Below are positions 26,423 to 39,940 of a DNA stretch of 64,000 bases, in pieces (positions within the stretch are counted from its first letter, which is position 1; each line of letters opens with the position of its first letter). The position numbers and the translations under genes were made by a program. A model generated the notes under the pieces. The model had not been told where the DNA came from. It saw only the letters and a list, made by a program, of their open reading frames with translations, and searched no databases. This DNA comes from the human T2T-CHM13v2.0 reference genome, Homo sapiens. The stretch lies in NCBI RefSeq assembly GCF_009914755.1, contig NC_060934.1. The stretch is one strand, 5' to 3'.

Positions 26423-26690
26423 TACAAGGATTCTGCTTTCTCCATATGCTCACCAACATTTGTTATTATTTGTTTTTGATAGCAGTGATCCTGACAGATA
26501 TAAAATGCTATCTCATGGTGGCTTTGAGTTGCATTTCCCTGATGTTTGTACATTGTTGGTGGGAATGCAAAAATCATGCAGCCTATATTTAAAATAGTAT
26601 GGAGGTTCCTAAAAAATTAAAAAATAGAACCAACATATGATCCAACGTTCGCAATTCTGGGTATTTATCCAAAAGAACTGAAATTAGGAA
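26423..26690. mobile_element. L1M ORF2 C-terminal fragment with internal inversion (26423-26544 minus, 26546-26690 plus)
   Basis: Both blocks match adjacent parts of the L1 ORF2 3' end, in opposite orientations. Confidence 0.8.
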
Positions 26691-26707
26691 ACTGAAAAAT
26701 TATGGAA

Positions 26708-26835
26708 GTTTTAGTAAGGTATAATTGACATCCAGAGATCTGCACATATTGAATATATACAATTTGACAAGTTTAGACATCTACAAACACCTGTGATACC
26801 ATCACCAAAATCAAAGTAAAAGACATATCCAAGAT
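26708..26835 (-). mobile_element. L1MB/MC 3' end fragment
   Basis: gtataattgacat...ctgcacatattgaatatatacaatttgacaagttt...gtgataccatcaccaaaatcaa. Confidence 0.7.
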
Positions 26836-27134
26836 AACCAAGTTTATGCTGTTTAAATGAAACACATTTGGAGCCTTATTTATCTCTTGCCTTGATGGTT
26901 TCACCTGTGTCCTACCATGTCTCAGTAGAACTCCTACACTCCTGTTGCTGCCAGATTACTTAATTTAGTCAATTCTTTCTCTTATTATTTACTTACAAAT
27001 GCAAAAGGTATTGACCATCTACTATGTGCCAAGTACTGTGCTGGTCATGGGTTATACAAAGTGAAAACAAAAACAGAAGTCCATACGTTCAAGGAACTTA
27101 GAATCTGCTTAAAGGAAAGCCCCAAGACTCATTA

Positions 27135-27355
27135 GGCAGTGTGGTGGGAGGCTAAGAACCTGAACTCTGACATCGAAAAAATCTTAGTTCCACACACAGC
27201 CTATTATTAGCCGTGTGATGTGCCCAACTTATTTGCACCTCTATAAGCGTCAGCTTGCTCATTGTAAAGTTATTTACTTCATGTGAGGATAAATGAGATA
27301 TTTAGTACAGTGTGATCTTGTAGGAAATACTTAATAAATATTAGCCATTGTTGTT
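27135..27355 (+). mobile_element. MIR
   Basis: aggcagtgtggtgggaggctaagaac...gtgaggataaatgagata...aataaatattagc. Confidence 0.65.
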
Positions 27356-28019
27356 AAGTCAAATAATAGAAGAGTATTCTGGGTATTGTGAAAGTACAGT
27401 GGCGGGGAAGATGGTAAGCAAGGAGAGTCAGTATTCAGCGCTTGGCAAAAGTCAGTTTCCACACTGCCGTTTTAATCTTGTCTTCTTTTTTATTTGAATT
27501 TTCTATTCCAGTCAGGTTGCTCAGCACACAACTTGTGCACTCTCCATAAGATATTTATTAAAACCTAGTTTCCTTGTCTGGAAGGTGAGGAAGGTGATAA
27601 AAATGTCTCTCTCAAAAGGTTGTCACAAGGATAAAGTGAGAGGATATAAAAGTTAAATTAAAAAACTATACAACTCTTTATTATCATTTCTTCTACTATG
27701 ATCACTTTGCTCAAATGATCGGTTTTAACTGGAAATGACTATCTATTCTTGATTATTGAAATTCTAACAATTACTAAAATAAACAAACCAACCAACCCAA
27801 GCAACCAACCAAACAAACAAAAATAAGACAAAACTCCATTTTGTGTTTTCTAACATGGTTCGATTCAAGTTCTTCTACCCTTAAGAAACCCTTGTCCACC
27901 TCATCTCCTTTTTATTAGGTAAAAAATTTAAACCATTTTATTACATTGACAATATAATAATTTATGTGTGTATGTTTCATACCCCTTCTATAACAATTAA
28001 ATTCACGGGCTGTAATGAA

Positions 28020-28245
28020 AGACTGGGTTCAAACCTCAAAGCTTTCTCTTAAAAGCCAGTTGATTTGAGCAAATTATTTCAGCTGTATTTGTCTCAGCTT
28101 TCTCATAAGGAAAACAAGCATACTAACAGTGCCTATTCCATAGGTATAATACAAAGACTAAATGAGTTAAAACAAATGGATTGTCTAGAACAATACCTCG
28201 CATATAGTTCACCCAATAAGTAATAAGCCACCCATATTATTATTG
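28020..28245 (+). mobile_element. MIR
   Basis: gactgggttcaaacc...ttgagcaaattattt...ctaaatgagttaa. Confidence 0.65.
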
Positions 28246-31200
28246 AAAAAAAAGACTGCCTTTTTCCTATAAAATGCCAACTGCTAGTCAGTTTCAAAAT
28301 TATAACCCGTAAGATAATGGTTTCTACAGCCCAAACAATTCTCCAGCCTCTTATAACTTATTTCCTCCCCTGTTAATCCAGCAACAGTTCTTTAAGTTCT
28401 GGGAATTTCACTGTATCCTCCTAGATAATTCCCCTCCCCCACCACTTGGTCTAATGCGGATCATCTGAGACATGGTAGGATCCCGATGAAGCCATCCAGG
28501 CAGGAGATAGATAGAGCTCCAAGTGTGCTTTATTTAAGCAGCATAAACTTGGTTATGCTAGATATGTCTGTTCTCTTGATTTTAATGCTGGTATCACAGG
28601 TGTTTGCATATGTCTAAACTCATCAAATTGTATACATTAAATATGTGCCGTTCTTTTTATATCAATTATATCTCACTAAAACTCTCACGATTTTTCAGTT
28701 TCTTAATTTCAGTTCTTTTGGGTAAATATCCAGAAGTCTTATTTCTAGATCATTGTTGGTAGTGATTTTTGAAGGAAGCAAAAATAAATAAATAATAAAT
28801 GGGGTTTTGATTAGTTCCTGTCCTCAGTAAAATTATTCCACTTTGGACAAATACATCTAGCAGCCAATTGAAAAAATAATACTATTCTCTAATACTTTAA
28901 ATAGCTATCATGATATTGCTTTTGTATCCCCATGGAAACCTTCAAAGATCTTTCAAATACCCGCCAAAAGAAATGAAGTGTAAATTTTAAGCTAACTTTC
29001 CACCTTTAGACTTTATAATCGCTACAGATTCCTCAATCCTGCTAAGAGTTAGTATCTACCTTGGCTTCTTCCTGGGAGTCAGAAGGGGCTGTGCTCCAGT
29101 CAGTGAACATTAGCGGGAATTACCTCAATTTCCACCGCCGCTGGACCTCACCAAGATGCTGTCTGTCAGGCCAGTAAACATTCCTGGCACCTTCTTCTGG
29201 CCCTAAGACTCCCCAGAGGAAAGCAAAACAAAACAGTCTTTCCCTCCTATCCTGTCTCTTATTCTACAGAACCAGTACCTTCATTGGTTAAGTTCCTACA
29301 GACTTTGACTAAGAAAAGTAATTTTCTTTAATGACCTTCAGCCCTTTCTCTCAGTCTGGGAGGCAATTTTGATGGGGTTACTCTGGTAGAGTAATTAAGC
29401 CAGATTTTCATCTGTCACTAAAATGTTGCCTTGGTATTTGGACTGATGTGTTTGGAATGGGTTTGGTTTCAAGCTGTGAACTTAAAATGCCCACAGGTTG
29501 CACTACCCAATTCTCTAAAAATAAATGTACCCTATATTAGTCCCACAACATTTTCCATTGTGTTAAAGTTCCCAGAGTTACCTTTGGTAGGTGTTGCAAT
29601 CGTCACTCAAAAGGGTTTTGAAGCTTCTAACGTTAAAAAAGACAGAGACTCAATGGCAAAGTCTTTTTTAATTGGCCTCCCTCTTCCCCATCACTTCCAA
29701 AGAAAAGTAATAGTGCTGAAAGGATTTTTACATCAATAGAAAATTCTTCAAAGATTTCATACTGATTACACTTTACTCCTACCTAATTTTGAGGGGTAAG
29801 GTAGCTTATTTGTCTCCTGCAAACCAGCATATTATAACAAGAAGCAATTTTTCACTTTAAAAAGTAGTCATGGTGGCAGTAGTGGTGGAGAAGGAAGAGG
29901 AGAGCGAAGGAGAAACAGATATCGCTTTAAATATCTCCTCTTTAGATTTATTATTTTTTCCTGGGATAGTAAGAAAATTATTTTTGAGATTTCTGGGCAT
30001 AATTGAATGAGTTAAGCCTTGAAGATGCCAAAGAAAATAGTTCTTATGGTATCTCATCTCTTTGTTTTCATATTGATTTGTTCATTCCTTAATTTAGTCA
30101 CAAAATATTTTAAGTGCTAACTCTGACCCAAACTCTGTATAGGACCCTAGGAAAGAGTAGTAAATGATTTACCTGTCTTTCTCGTTCATGGTTTACCATT
30201 TAATTATATATATATAAACAAAACATTAACAAAATGATTACTTGTGATCTACATTAAAAAGGAAATAAACAAGATGCTATAAGAGAATATTGAGAAGCTT
30301 GGGTAGGAATATGGCAAATACCATCCAGTAGGAATGTTGGTTCATATCCCTTACTTGTACATCTCTGAAATAAACCATCCCTTCATGAAATTAGGAAATA
30401 AGTGTTGTTCCCTGTGAAGAGGTAGTAACTTAGCAGAATAGAATGTGTAGAGGAATGGCCAATAAAAGAGATGCAGAGCAGAAAACTTCCTGGCCTTCCT
30501 ATATTCTTGAATGTAGTTAATAATGTCCCTGATCATGCTGATTCACTGGCAAGGTTTGGAGATTCACATTTTAAAATACCATATATATCTAGTTGTTGAA
30601 CTGATTGCAGCTTCTAGTGCCTGAGAGACTTTCTGCTCTTCTCTTGCATCAAGAGGATAGGTAAAATGAGAATTTATCTCATGCCTTTCTTATGAAAGCC
30701 CATTTGAAGTAAAAGTTGTACATCAACTCTCAGATCAAAATGGCTACTTCTGCTTCTGAGTAATTTAAATAACCTGTCAAAATTGAGATTTCCCAAGTCC
30801 ATTTTGTGTTCAGAATTTGCAGGTAAGCTCCTCAATATCCTGGCCTCTTATCTCAGTAAAAATATGCCCAGAATTTCTAGTACTTTCTTTCTTCATTAAC
30901 CCCACAACTTTAATTACAACCAATTACCTAGCATTCCCTTCCTACTCGCAGTCATGGCTCTGTATGGTGTGGCAAAACGCTGTTCAAAATATATAGTTCT
31001 ATTAAGCACCTGACATGTGCCAAGAATTGTGTTTTTTGTATGGAACGGATAGAGACAAACTAGAACCAGTTCCTATTCTTAAAAAATTCAAATGCGAGTG
31101 GGAATATAGACTCTCTAAAATATATTCTTAATGTTGTGTCGTATATTTACTATTTTTTTCTATTTGATTGTAAATTCTGTGTCCCTGAATTGTCATTCCT

Positions 31201-32165
31201 AATAGTACTGAACCCAGGAACCCTGTGCTCAATAATCGCATGTGTGGCCTATCCTCCTGTGAATTATGCTCTTCCCAGACACATGGAAGTACACCTTTCA
31301 GAGGCTGATGGTTATCATTCTTTCCTAAAGAATTGATTGTGCAACTGACATTCACTGAGGGCTTGATTCTCCTCGCCTCAGAGCTATAACCCAGTTACTT
31401 GTTGGATTCATTCCAATTCTCTTCCCTCATCCATTTTCCACTCTAGATTTTTATTTACCAATGCAGATAAAGGTTATGCTTTACAGAGCTCTTCTAGCTT
31501 TACAGTTAACTTCTCAAATCCATTTTCCTGTCACTGTTTGTTAATTCACCAACGTATTCCTTTTAAAAAGTAGAATAAAAAAATATGTTTATTTTCATCT
31601 TATTTTACAAGAATCTTTGTAGATTGCCCTTTGAGACTTGATTCATGGATCCAAGATCACCTGAGACGCAAAACTTTCCTGGACTTTCTGCTAATAATTC
31701 TTTGTGGCCTTTATATTATTTTATAGCGACTCTATGTCTGTGGTGGGACATATTAAAATAAACCAGGACATATTAAAATAAAAACAAAGTTGGATGAAGG
31801 CGCATAAACACATACAGCTGGAAGCATCCTCAGGGACTATTCCCCAAATCACTCATTTTATGGAGAAAAAACCCCTGAAACTCAGAGATTTAAGACATTG
31901 ACTACAGCTACACAAAAACTCAGGGAAAAGTTTGACCAGATCTGCCTTCCCCTACTGTGAATCTCTAATTTGCTTTATACATCACCATATCAGGATTTAA
32001 ATTTCCTTTGTGCCGTTTATGAGGTATTGTGTATAGAAGAATTGGGAAGAAGAAGAGGCGATGTTTAGTTTTGATTCTGTGGTTAAAATAGAAGAATCCA
32101 AGGAGGATCTGCGAAGTGTTTGAAGAATGAGATTCTGGATTTGTATGTTAAAAATAGAAACCATG

Positions 32166-32523
<358 letters not shown>

Positions 32524-33619
32524 TTATTTAAGCCAGTCATAGAGCTAAGTATTTAACACATATTACTTGACTTTCACAAAGCCCTATGTGGTAGGAATCT
32601 TTATTAGTCTCATTTCACTGAAGAGGAAACCAACACTGACAGAAAACGTGCCAAGAATTTCTCATCAAGCAAGTGGCACGACCTTGAACATGTTCTGAGT
32701 CTGAGCACCTGGTTGCTCAATGAGAGGAAGGGGAGAAAGAGAGCATGCGCATGGGCTTTCTGTTTTCAGCCATACAGAATCTAAATGGGTAATGAAATTT
32801 GACATCTTCCCAGTTAATCCTTGGTTATTCTGATGTGTCTCATTAACGGGAGATTTGCTGCAGAATGTCCCATTCTGTTAAAAAAAAATACAATAGTTTG
32901 ACTCTCTTCTCCTTAGATCTCAGAATTAAAGAATATTTTAGAGTCATATAATTAGACAATCAGCCTCTATACAGCCCCTACTTAACTGTCTCTCAGATGT
33001 GGGTGTGTTTTCAAGTCTCAAAAGAAAGAATCTATTTTTTTTTTTTTGTCTAGACTTAAGCAAATATCCCCATTTAACTAAGGAAAAACTTAAAACATTA
33101 AATTACTTAGTAACATCTTTAACAGGTTCAGCATACATTCAGAAGGTAGAAAAATATATATTTCCTTCAAATGTTTACCATAATTGTGAATTGTTTGTAT
33201 AATATCTGATATATTCTCTTAATTTCTAAGATGGTAGAGGTGGTGTTTGTACTGGGTAAATGTCCAGCATTCTCTTCTGTTACATAAATACCTAAGTACT
33301 TTTCCATATGTCAAGCTCTGTGTTCCAAACAACTTTTAAAAATGCTTGCATTGCTAAAAATGAAAACAGGAATGAGGGCTACAGGTTACTAAAGCCATTT
33401 GAAGCAAAGACACAAGTATAGGCTATAGTTTCCATCTAGGAACTTGAAATACCATTGGTGATGAGTACAAACTCTGATATCTGATATCAAATGTATCTCA
33501 TTCTGAATCCCAGTCAATAATTCCATTAAATTGAAATGATCTGAACATTCCAATCAAAGGAAAGAGATTATAGAACTTCATAAATAGTATTTCCCAACCA
33601 TCCATTGTCTATAAAAATG

Positions 33620-33915
33620 GAGTTTAAAGATAAAGCCATAGAAAAAAAGTAAAAGGATGGAATGAAGATGTATAACATGCAATTTTTAATTATAAGAAAA
33701 CTGGACTGGCTATATTAGTATCAGACAAAGTAGACTTTAGAAAAAGAAATGTTACTGGAGATAAAGAGGAATAATCTCATAATTATGAAAGGGTTAATTC
33801 ATTAAGAAGATATAATTTTTCTAAATAGTATGCACCAAATAGAGCTTCAAAATACATAAACACTTGTATTTACCAAAAGTCTTATGCAAAAATATTTACA
33901 GCACCTTTATTTATG
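33620..33915 (+). mobile_element. Old L1M fragments (EN region, then 3' region continuing at 35323-35460)
   Basis: gctatattagtatcagacaaagtagactttag (EN region); cttatgcaaaaatatttacagcacctttattta (3' region). Confidence 0.75.
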
Positions 33916-34037
33916 TATATACTTTTTGCTGTGCTGTAATCTTTTATTTCATGCTTGCAACTATAAATTTATTAAATCAATCACTAGTGCTACAACTACA
34001 GATGTATAGATATATTAACAACTTAAAATCGGTTTAC

Positions 34038-35322
34038 TTTTTTTTTCACCTTTTTAGGTTCGGGAGTGCATATGCAGTTTTGTTATATAGGCAAAGTTTG
34101 TATCAAAGGGGCTTAGTGTACAGGTTGTTTTATTACCCAGGAAATAAGCACAGTACTAATAGGTAGTTTTTCAATCCTCACCCTCCTCCCACCCTCCACC
34201 CTCAAGTAGGCCCCACTGTCTGTTGTTCCCTTCTTTGTGTCCATATGTACTCAATGTTTAGCTTCCACTTATAAGTGAGAACGTGTGGTATTAAGTTTTC
34301 TCTTCCTGTGTTAGTTTGCTTAGGATAATGGCCTCCAGCTCCACCCATGTTTTTGCAACGGACATGATCTCATTCTTTTTTTGTGGCTGCATAGTATTCC
34401 ATTTTCTTTATCCAGTGTACCATTGATGGGCATTTAGGTTGATTCCATGTCTTTGCTATTGTGAATAGTGCTTCAGTGAATGAATGCATGCATGAGTCTT
34501 TATGGTAAAATGATTTATATTCCTTTGGGTATATACCCAATAACGCGATAGCTGGGTCAAATGGTAATTCTGTTTTGAGTTCTTTGGGAAATCACCCAGC
34601 TGCTTTCCACAATGGCTGAACTAATTTACATTTGCGCCAGCAGTGTATAAACATTCCCTTCGCTCCACAATCTTGCCAGCATCTGTAATTTTTTGTTTTT
34701 TTAATAAAAATTATTTTAACTGGTGTGAGATGTATGTCTTCGTGGTTTTGATTTGCACTTCTGTAATGATTAGTGCTGTTGAGCATTTTGTCATATGTTT
34801 GTTGGGCACATGTATGTCTTCTTTTGAAAAGTGTCTATTCATGTCTTTTGTCTGTTTTTTACAATGAGGTTGTTTGTTTGTTGCTTGTAACTCTTTTTAA
34901 TTCCTTGTAGATTCTGACCTTTGTTGGATTTTTGTCTGTTTTTTTTTAACGAGGTTGTTTGTTTTTTGCTTGTAACTCTTTTTAAGTTCCTTATAGATAC
35001 TAGACATTTGTTGGATGCATAGTTTGCAAATATTTTCTCCCATTCTGTAGGTTTTCTGTTTACTACGTTGAAAAAGAGTTTCTTAATTAGGTCCTATTTG
35101 TCAATTTTTGGTTTTGTTACAATTGCTTTTGGCATCTTCATCATGAAATCTTTGCTAGGTCCTATGTCCAGAATGGTATTTGCTAGGTTATCTTTCAGAA
35201 TTTTTATAGATTTGGGTTTCACATTTAAGTATTTAATTCATCTTGAGTTGATTTCTGAATATGGTGTAAGGAAGGGGTCCAGTTTCAATCTTCTGCATAC
35301 GGAGAATCAGTTATCCCAGCAT
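34038..35322 (-). mobile_element. L1PA (older, PA13-16-like) 3' end, 5'-truncated
   Basis: Antisense L1PA 3'UTR (ccctcctcccaccctccaccctcaagtaggcccc; tttagcttccacttataagtgagaac) and ORF2 tail. Confidence 0.92.
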
Positions 35323-36204
35323 CAGCATCTTTATTTATGATAAAAAGCTGAAACAGCCAAATGTCAATAGATTAACATTTGTGTATATTCATACAATGAA
35401 ATACATTTGAGGAATAAAAAAGGTATGAATCATTGATATAAGCACAAATGTACATCAATTTTTTTTGCTTCTTCATATGTCTAGTAATTTTTATTGGATG
35501 TCAGATGTTTTTAATGTCACATTGTTGAGTGACATTGTTGAGTGACATTGCTTTTCTCATCTTCTTTGAAGGTACTTTGGGGTTTTTTTCAGGTGTCAGT
35601 TAAGTTACTTGTTGAACTACTTGATACTCTTTAGATTGTTTTTATGCTATGTTAAGTCCTAAAGAGTAATAGTCATACTAGGTCTAGTTTAATCCACTTC
35701 ATAAGTGATGAAATTGTTGGCATCTATGAATAACCTGTATTTTGAATAAGTTTCCTTTATCTAATCTGGCTGAATGTGAGCATCTCTTAGCTTTGTGTGA
35801 GATTTAGAAAGTTTTTTTGAGCTGACAGCTCTCAGGTAGTTATCATTTTTACCCCAGAAATTGTTCTTGTTCATCCTCATTTTCTTTAATCTTACATACT
35901 TGCTGCTTAGTTTTTAGACAAAGACTCAAGAAGTCTCTTATAGTACCTTCATTTCCAGCCACCTCAGTACCTAGAACTGTAATTTCAACTCAATGAGACT
36001 ACTGCATTCTCCTTAGCCTTTCTACCCATGCAATTTTGTCTGGAAAGTGTTCCTAGGTAGATAGCCTGGGGTTACCATAGGGCTCAGCTTATTTATTTCT
36101 TCTTTCTCAAGGAACAGAGCCACACAGTAATATTGCTCAATGCCCCAAAACAGCTGTTTCATAGATTTTGTTCAATTTTCTAACTTAAAATCACAGGATG
36201 ATGA

Positions 36205-38600
36205 GAAGTTCTGCTTTTGGAATAGCGGCATCAACAGCTACATGGACCTGCTTCTGGGAAAAACAAGTGTAACTGGTAAAATTTCTAATTTAAAAAGAGT
36301 TAAAGTTTTGGAATTGTCTTAAGAGCATACAACAAATGAAGAAGCATTTTTATTTTTTATTTTTGTGAGTACATAATAGGTGTGTATATTTATGGGGTTC
36401 ATTTGATACCTTGAGGCAGGCATGCAATATGTAATAATCATATTATGGGAAATGAGGCATCTATCACCTCAAGCATTTATCCTTTTGTTAAAAACAATCC
36501 AATTATATTCTTTTAATTATTTGTAAAAGTACAATTAAATTATTATTGACTATAGTCACCCTGTTGTGCTATCATATACTAGGTATTATTCATTCTTTCT
36601 AATGACTTTTTATACCCATTAACCATCCCCATTTCCTTTCCACCCTCCCTACTACTCTTCCCAGCCTCTGGTCACCTTCCTTCTATTCTCTATCTCCATG
36701 GGTTCAATTGTTTGAATTTTTATCTCCCACAAATAAGTGAGAACATGTGAAGTTTGTCTTTCTGTGCCTGGCTTATTTCACTTAATGCAATGATCTCCAG
36801 TTCCATCTATGTTGTTGCAAATGATAGGACCTTACTCTTTTTATGGCTGAATAGTACTTCATTATGTATAAGTATCATATTTTCTTTATCCATTCATCTG
36901 TTGATGAACATTGAGGCTACTTCCAAGTTTTGGCTATTGTGAACAACATGAGAGTATAGATATCTTTTAAATATACTGATTTCCTTTCTTTTGGGTATTT
37001 ACGTAGCAAAGGGATTGCTGGCATCTCTATTTTTAGTATTTTGAGAAACCTCCAAACTCTTCTCCATAGTGGTTGTATACATTTACATTCCCACCAACCG
37101 TGCGTGAGAGTTCCCTTTTTCCCCACATCCTTGCCAGCATTTGTTATTGATTTCCTCTTGGATAAAAGCCAGTTTAACTGGGGTGAGATGATATCTGATT
37201 GTAGTTTTGATTTGCATCTCTTTGATGATCAGTGATGTCGAGCACCTGTTCATATGCCTGTTTGCCACTTGTATGTCTCCTTTTGAGAAGTGTCTGTTCA
37301 GATCTTTTGCCCATTTTTCGATCTGATTATTAGATTTTTCTCCAAAAGTGTTGTTTGAGCTCCTTATATTTTCTACCCATTAATCCCTTGTCAGATGGGT
37401 AGTTTACAAATATTTTCTCATGTTCTGTAGGTTGTCTTTTCACTTTGTTGTTTGTTTCCTTTGCTTTTCAGAAGCTTTTAAACTTAGTGTGATTCCATTT
37501 GTCCATTTTTATTTTGGTTGCCTGTGCTTGTGGGGTGAAGAAACATTTCTTAAAAGAAAATCCATTAAACCTCAGTGAGAACAGCAAGAGTCTGTGTGAT
37601 ATGAGTTATAACTTGCTCCTCTCATCCTAATGTTTCCAGATCAGCATCATGGATGCCCCCACTTTGGGAGGATGTGCTCAAGAAAAACAGGGTTCCTTCT
37701 ATTCTGAACTCCAAAATAAAGGATAAGGTCAATATCTCCCTCAAGAGAGTTGGTCATTTCTCATCCCCATCCCTACAAGCTCACTCACATCCTCCAAGTA
37801 AATTACAGAGGCTCAAATCCAAGAGAGTGTGGCCAAGAGTGTGGCCCTTCTTCCCCTTACAAATAGAGCAGAAGCTCTATACTAGGCACAGCAGGCTAAT
37901 GAAAATAGGGCTCCAATTGCCCTTTTACAGCTCACTCACAGAGTGAAGCTTCCAAATGGGGAAAGGCAAGCCAGAAGACTAGAAGGTACTTCCCCAACAT
38001 GGCTCTCTTCTCATCAAGCAGAGGTACCCTATAAGAAAAGTGGACCACTGTTCCTGAATCTGCAGCTTCAGATCAGTAATTGAGAGAATTTCCTCACTGG
38101 TAGAACTAGTCCACAAGGGCAGAGAGCTCTGAAGCTGTCCCCAAATAAACAAACTTTATTTGAAAAAGAACCTGGAATAGCTCAAGCCTAAGGGTGCTTC
38201 CCCGCTTTCCCCCACTTAAGATTGGATGGCAAGCAAATGAGAAAAGGCATGTAGCTAAACCACAGACTAGCTAGTTTACCAGAGAGAAAAATGAAAAGAG
38301 ACCACTAAGAAGAGCTTCTCCAGGGACAGAACAAACCTCAAAGACTAGTCTCAAAAACTACCTCAGCAAAAGAGCTCCAATTTAATTGGTTCAGATTGTG
38401 TAGTAATTTATGCCCTAGGGCATAGTTGGTAACACTGGCAGAATCGAGCATCAAATAGAAGAAACTAAAAGGTCGATGTGATGCCAACAGGGACATAGAA
38501 CTTAGCAAAGAGATCAGGGAGCGTCTGAGAGAGACCTGCTAAAACCGCTGTCAACTGAGGTTGACTTAGCGCATTCTGAAGGCTGTGCTCTCTGATCAGC
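36205..38600 (+). mobile_element. Old L1M 5'UTR-like host sequence, interrupted by an L1MA
   Basis: agcatacaacaaatgaagaa(g/a)cattt...aagaaaatccattaaacctcagtgagaacagcaagag reads continuously across the insertion. Confidence 0.55.
36350..37535 (-). mobile_element. L1MA 3' end, 5'-truncated
   Basis: Antisense L1MA 3'UTR; ORFs 36917..37126 and 37083..37268 are ORF2-like; TSD TGAAGAA(G/A)CATTT at 36337-36349 and 37536-37548. Confidence 0.93.
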
Positions 38601-39787
38601 AACTTCAGAGACTTAGTAGCTTTTGTTTTAAGAACCAAGTTTTCGATGTCTGTTGTACAGTGTAAGATAAATGATAGAGTGTTTGTGAGATGAAATGAAT
38701 TGACATTTATAAAGCATTTAGCACAATGCTAGTGTGGAGTATTTGGTCTATAATGTCAATTGCTCCCCAGAATAACTGAAAATAAGACAGTTTATAAACT
38801 CAATATTAGACATTAAAACTTTTATCTATGCATATATTCCTAGCATTATAATGGTTCCCAGAGAAGGCAAGAAGAAAAGAGCTTAGTTCCTATCCTTTAG
38901 GAGCTTACATTCAAACCAGGGTGACAGTAAGTGGAATCTAAGACAAAATTTAGTTACTGTGGCAGAAGTAAGTATAGAATGCAATGGAAATACATCGGAG
39001 AGTAGAATGAATATGGCCTGGAAATGGGTGAATTGTAGGGAGGACTTAATGGAGAAGGCTTTGATTTGTACCTTGAGTTGTGCAGAGATTGCTGTCAGAC
39101 ACAGGTTGAACATATTGATTTCTTTCATTTTTAATCCTTCAGGAATAGTATCTAGGTGATTATTGAGATAGACTAGAGCAGGCATAAATCAATAAGAAGA
39201 AGGGTTTCATAAGAAAACTGGAGGGTGCACCCTCATACCTATAGTACATTTTGGCTGGTAAAATTATTTGTTTCCAATCCACTCGCAGTAGACCACGGTA
39301 TTTCAAGCAGACCTCAGTCGCAGAAAAATCCACCCTCCACATCATTCTTCCCAGGAATTGGCCTTAGTAGGACAAATGCTCTTCAAACCTGCACAGCATT
39401 AATTCCATCGCTGTTATTCTATTGCTGTTTCACCCCACCTCATCTTATGATGATCAGAAGAGAAAAAGCTGAGGAAAAAAAGAGACTGTCAAATACAGCC
39501 CTTATATTTGCTAATAGATATGAAAAAAAATGCCCCTTGAGCTGTGATTGGTTTTGCTCAGGCCTGTTATTCTCAACCTCTGTGTAGTGCTGTATACATG
39601 TCTATCATTATTCCTCTAGAAGAAAAGATAGGGTACTGATAATGGATTATGAAGCATTCCTCACACTCCATGATGAGTATAATATAATAAAGATAACTGC
39701 CAAGAACTATACTAGGTCCATCAAATATTCACTCCCTAATTTACACTTTAGGTATTATATCTGAATGAGTAAGAGTGAATAGATATT

Positions 39788-39940
39788 TGTCTTATTTTGG
39801 TTTTCCCATAGCAGACCCTGAGACAGGGATTCCAGGCAAGGAGTTAATGTGAGAAGTGATCCCAGTGAAGTGGGTAAGTAAAACAGAGAAAGGAAGAGTC
39901 TTTCTCTGTAGAGGGATGCTTATCAAGAAAGTTACCATAT
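39788..39940 (-). mobile_element. LTR16-like fragment
   Basis: tgtcttattttggttttcccatagcagaccctgagacagggattcc...gaagtgatcccag. Confidence 0.6.

Noticed and set aside
27857-27866. ggttcgattc tRNA T-loop/B-box-like motif
   Set aside because: No cloverleaf, A-box or acceptor stem around it.
28570-28685. Similarity between 28570-28685, 43520-43645 and 56650-56820 suggesting a novel repeat
   Set aside because: All resemble independent old L1M 3'-terminal fragments.
34178-34203. G-quadruplex-like tract on the minus strand
   Set aside because: This is the standard L1PA 3'UTR polypurine tract, not locus-specific.
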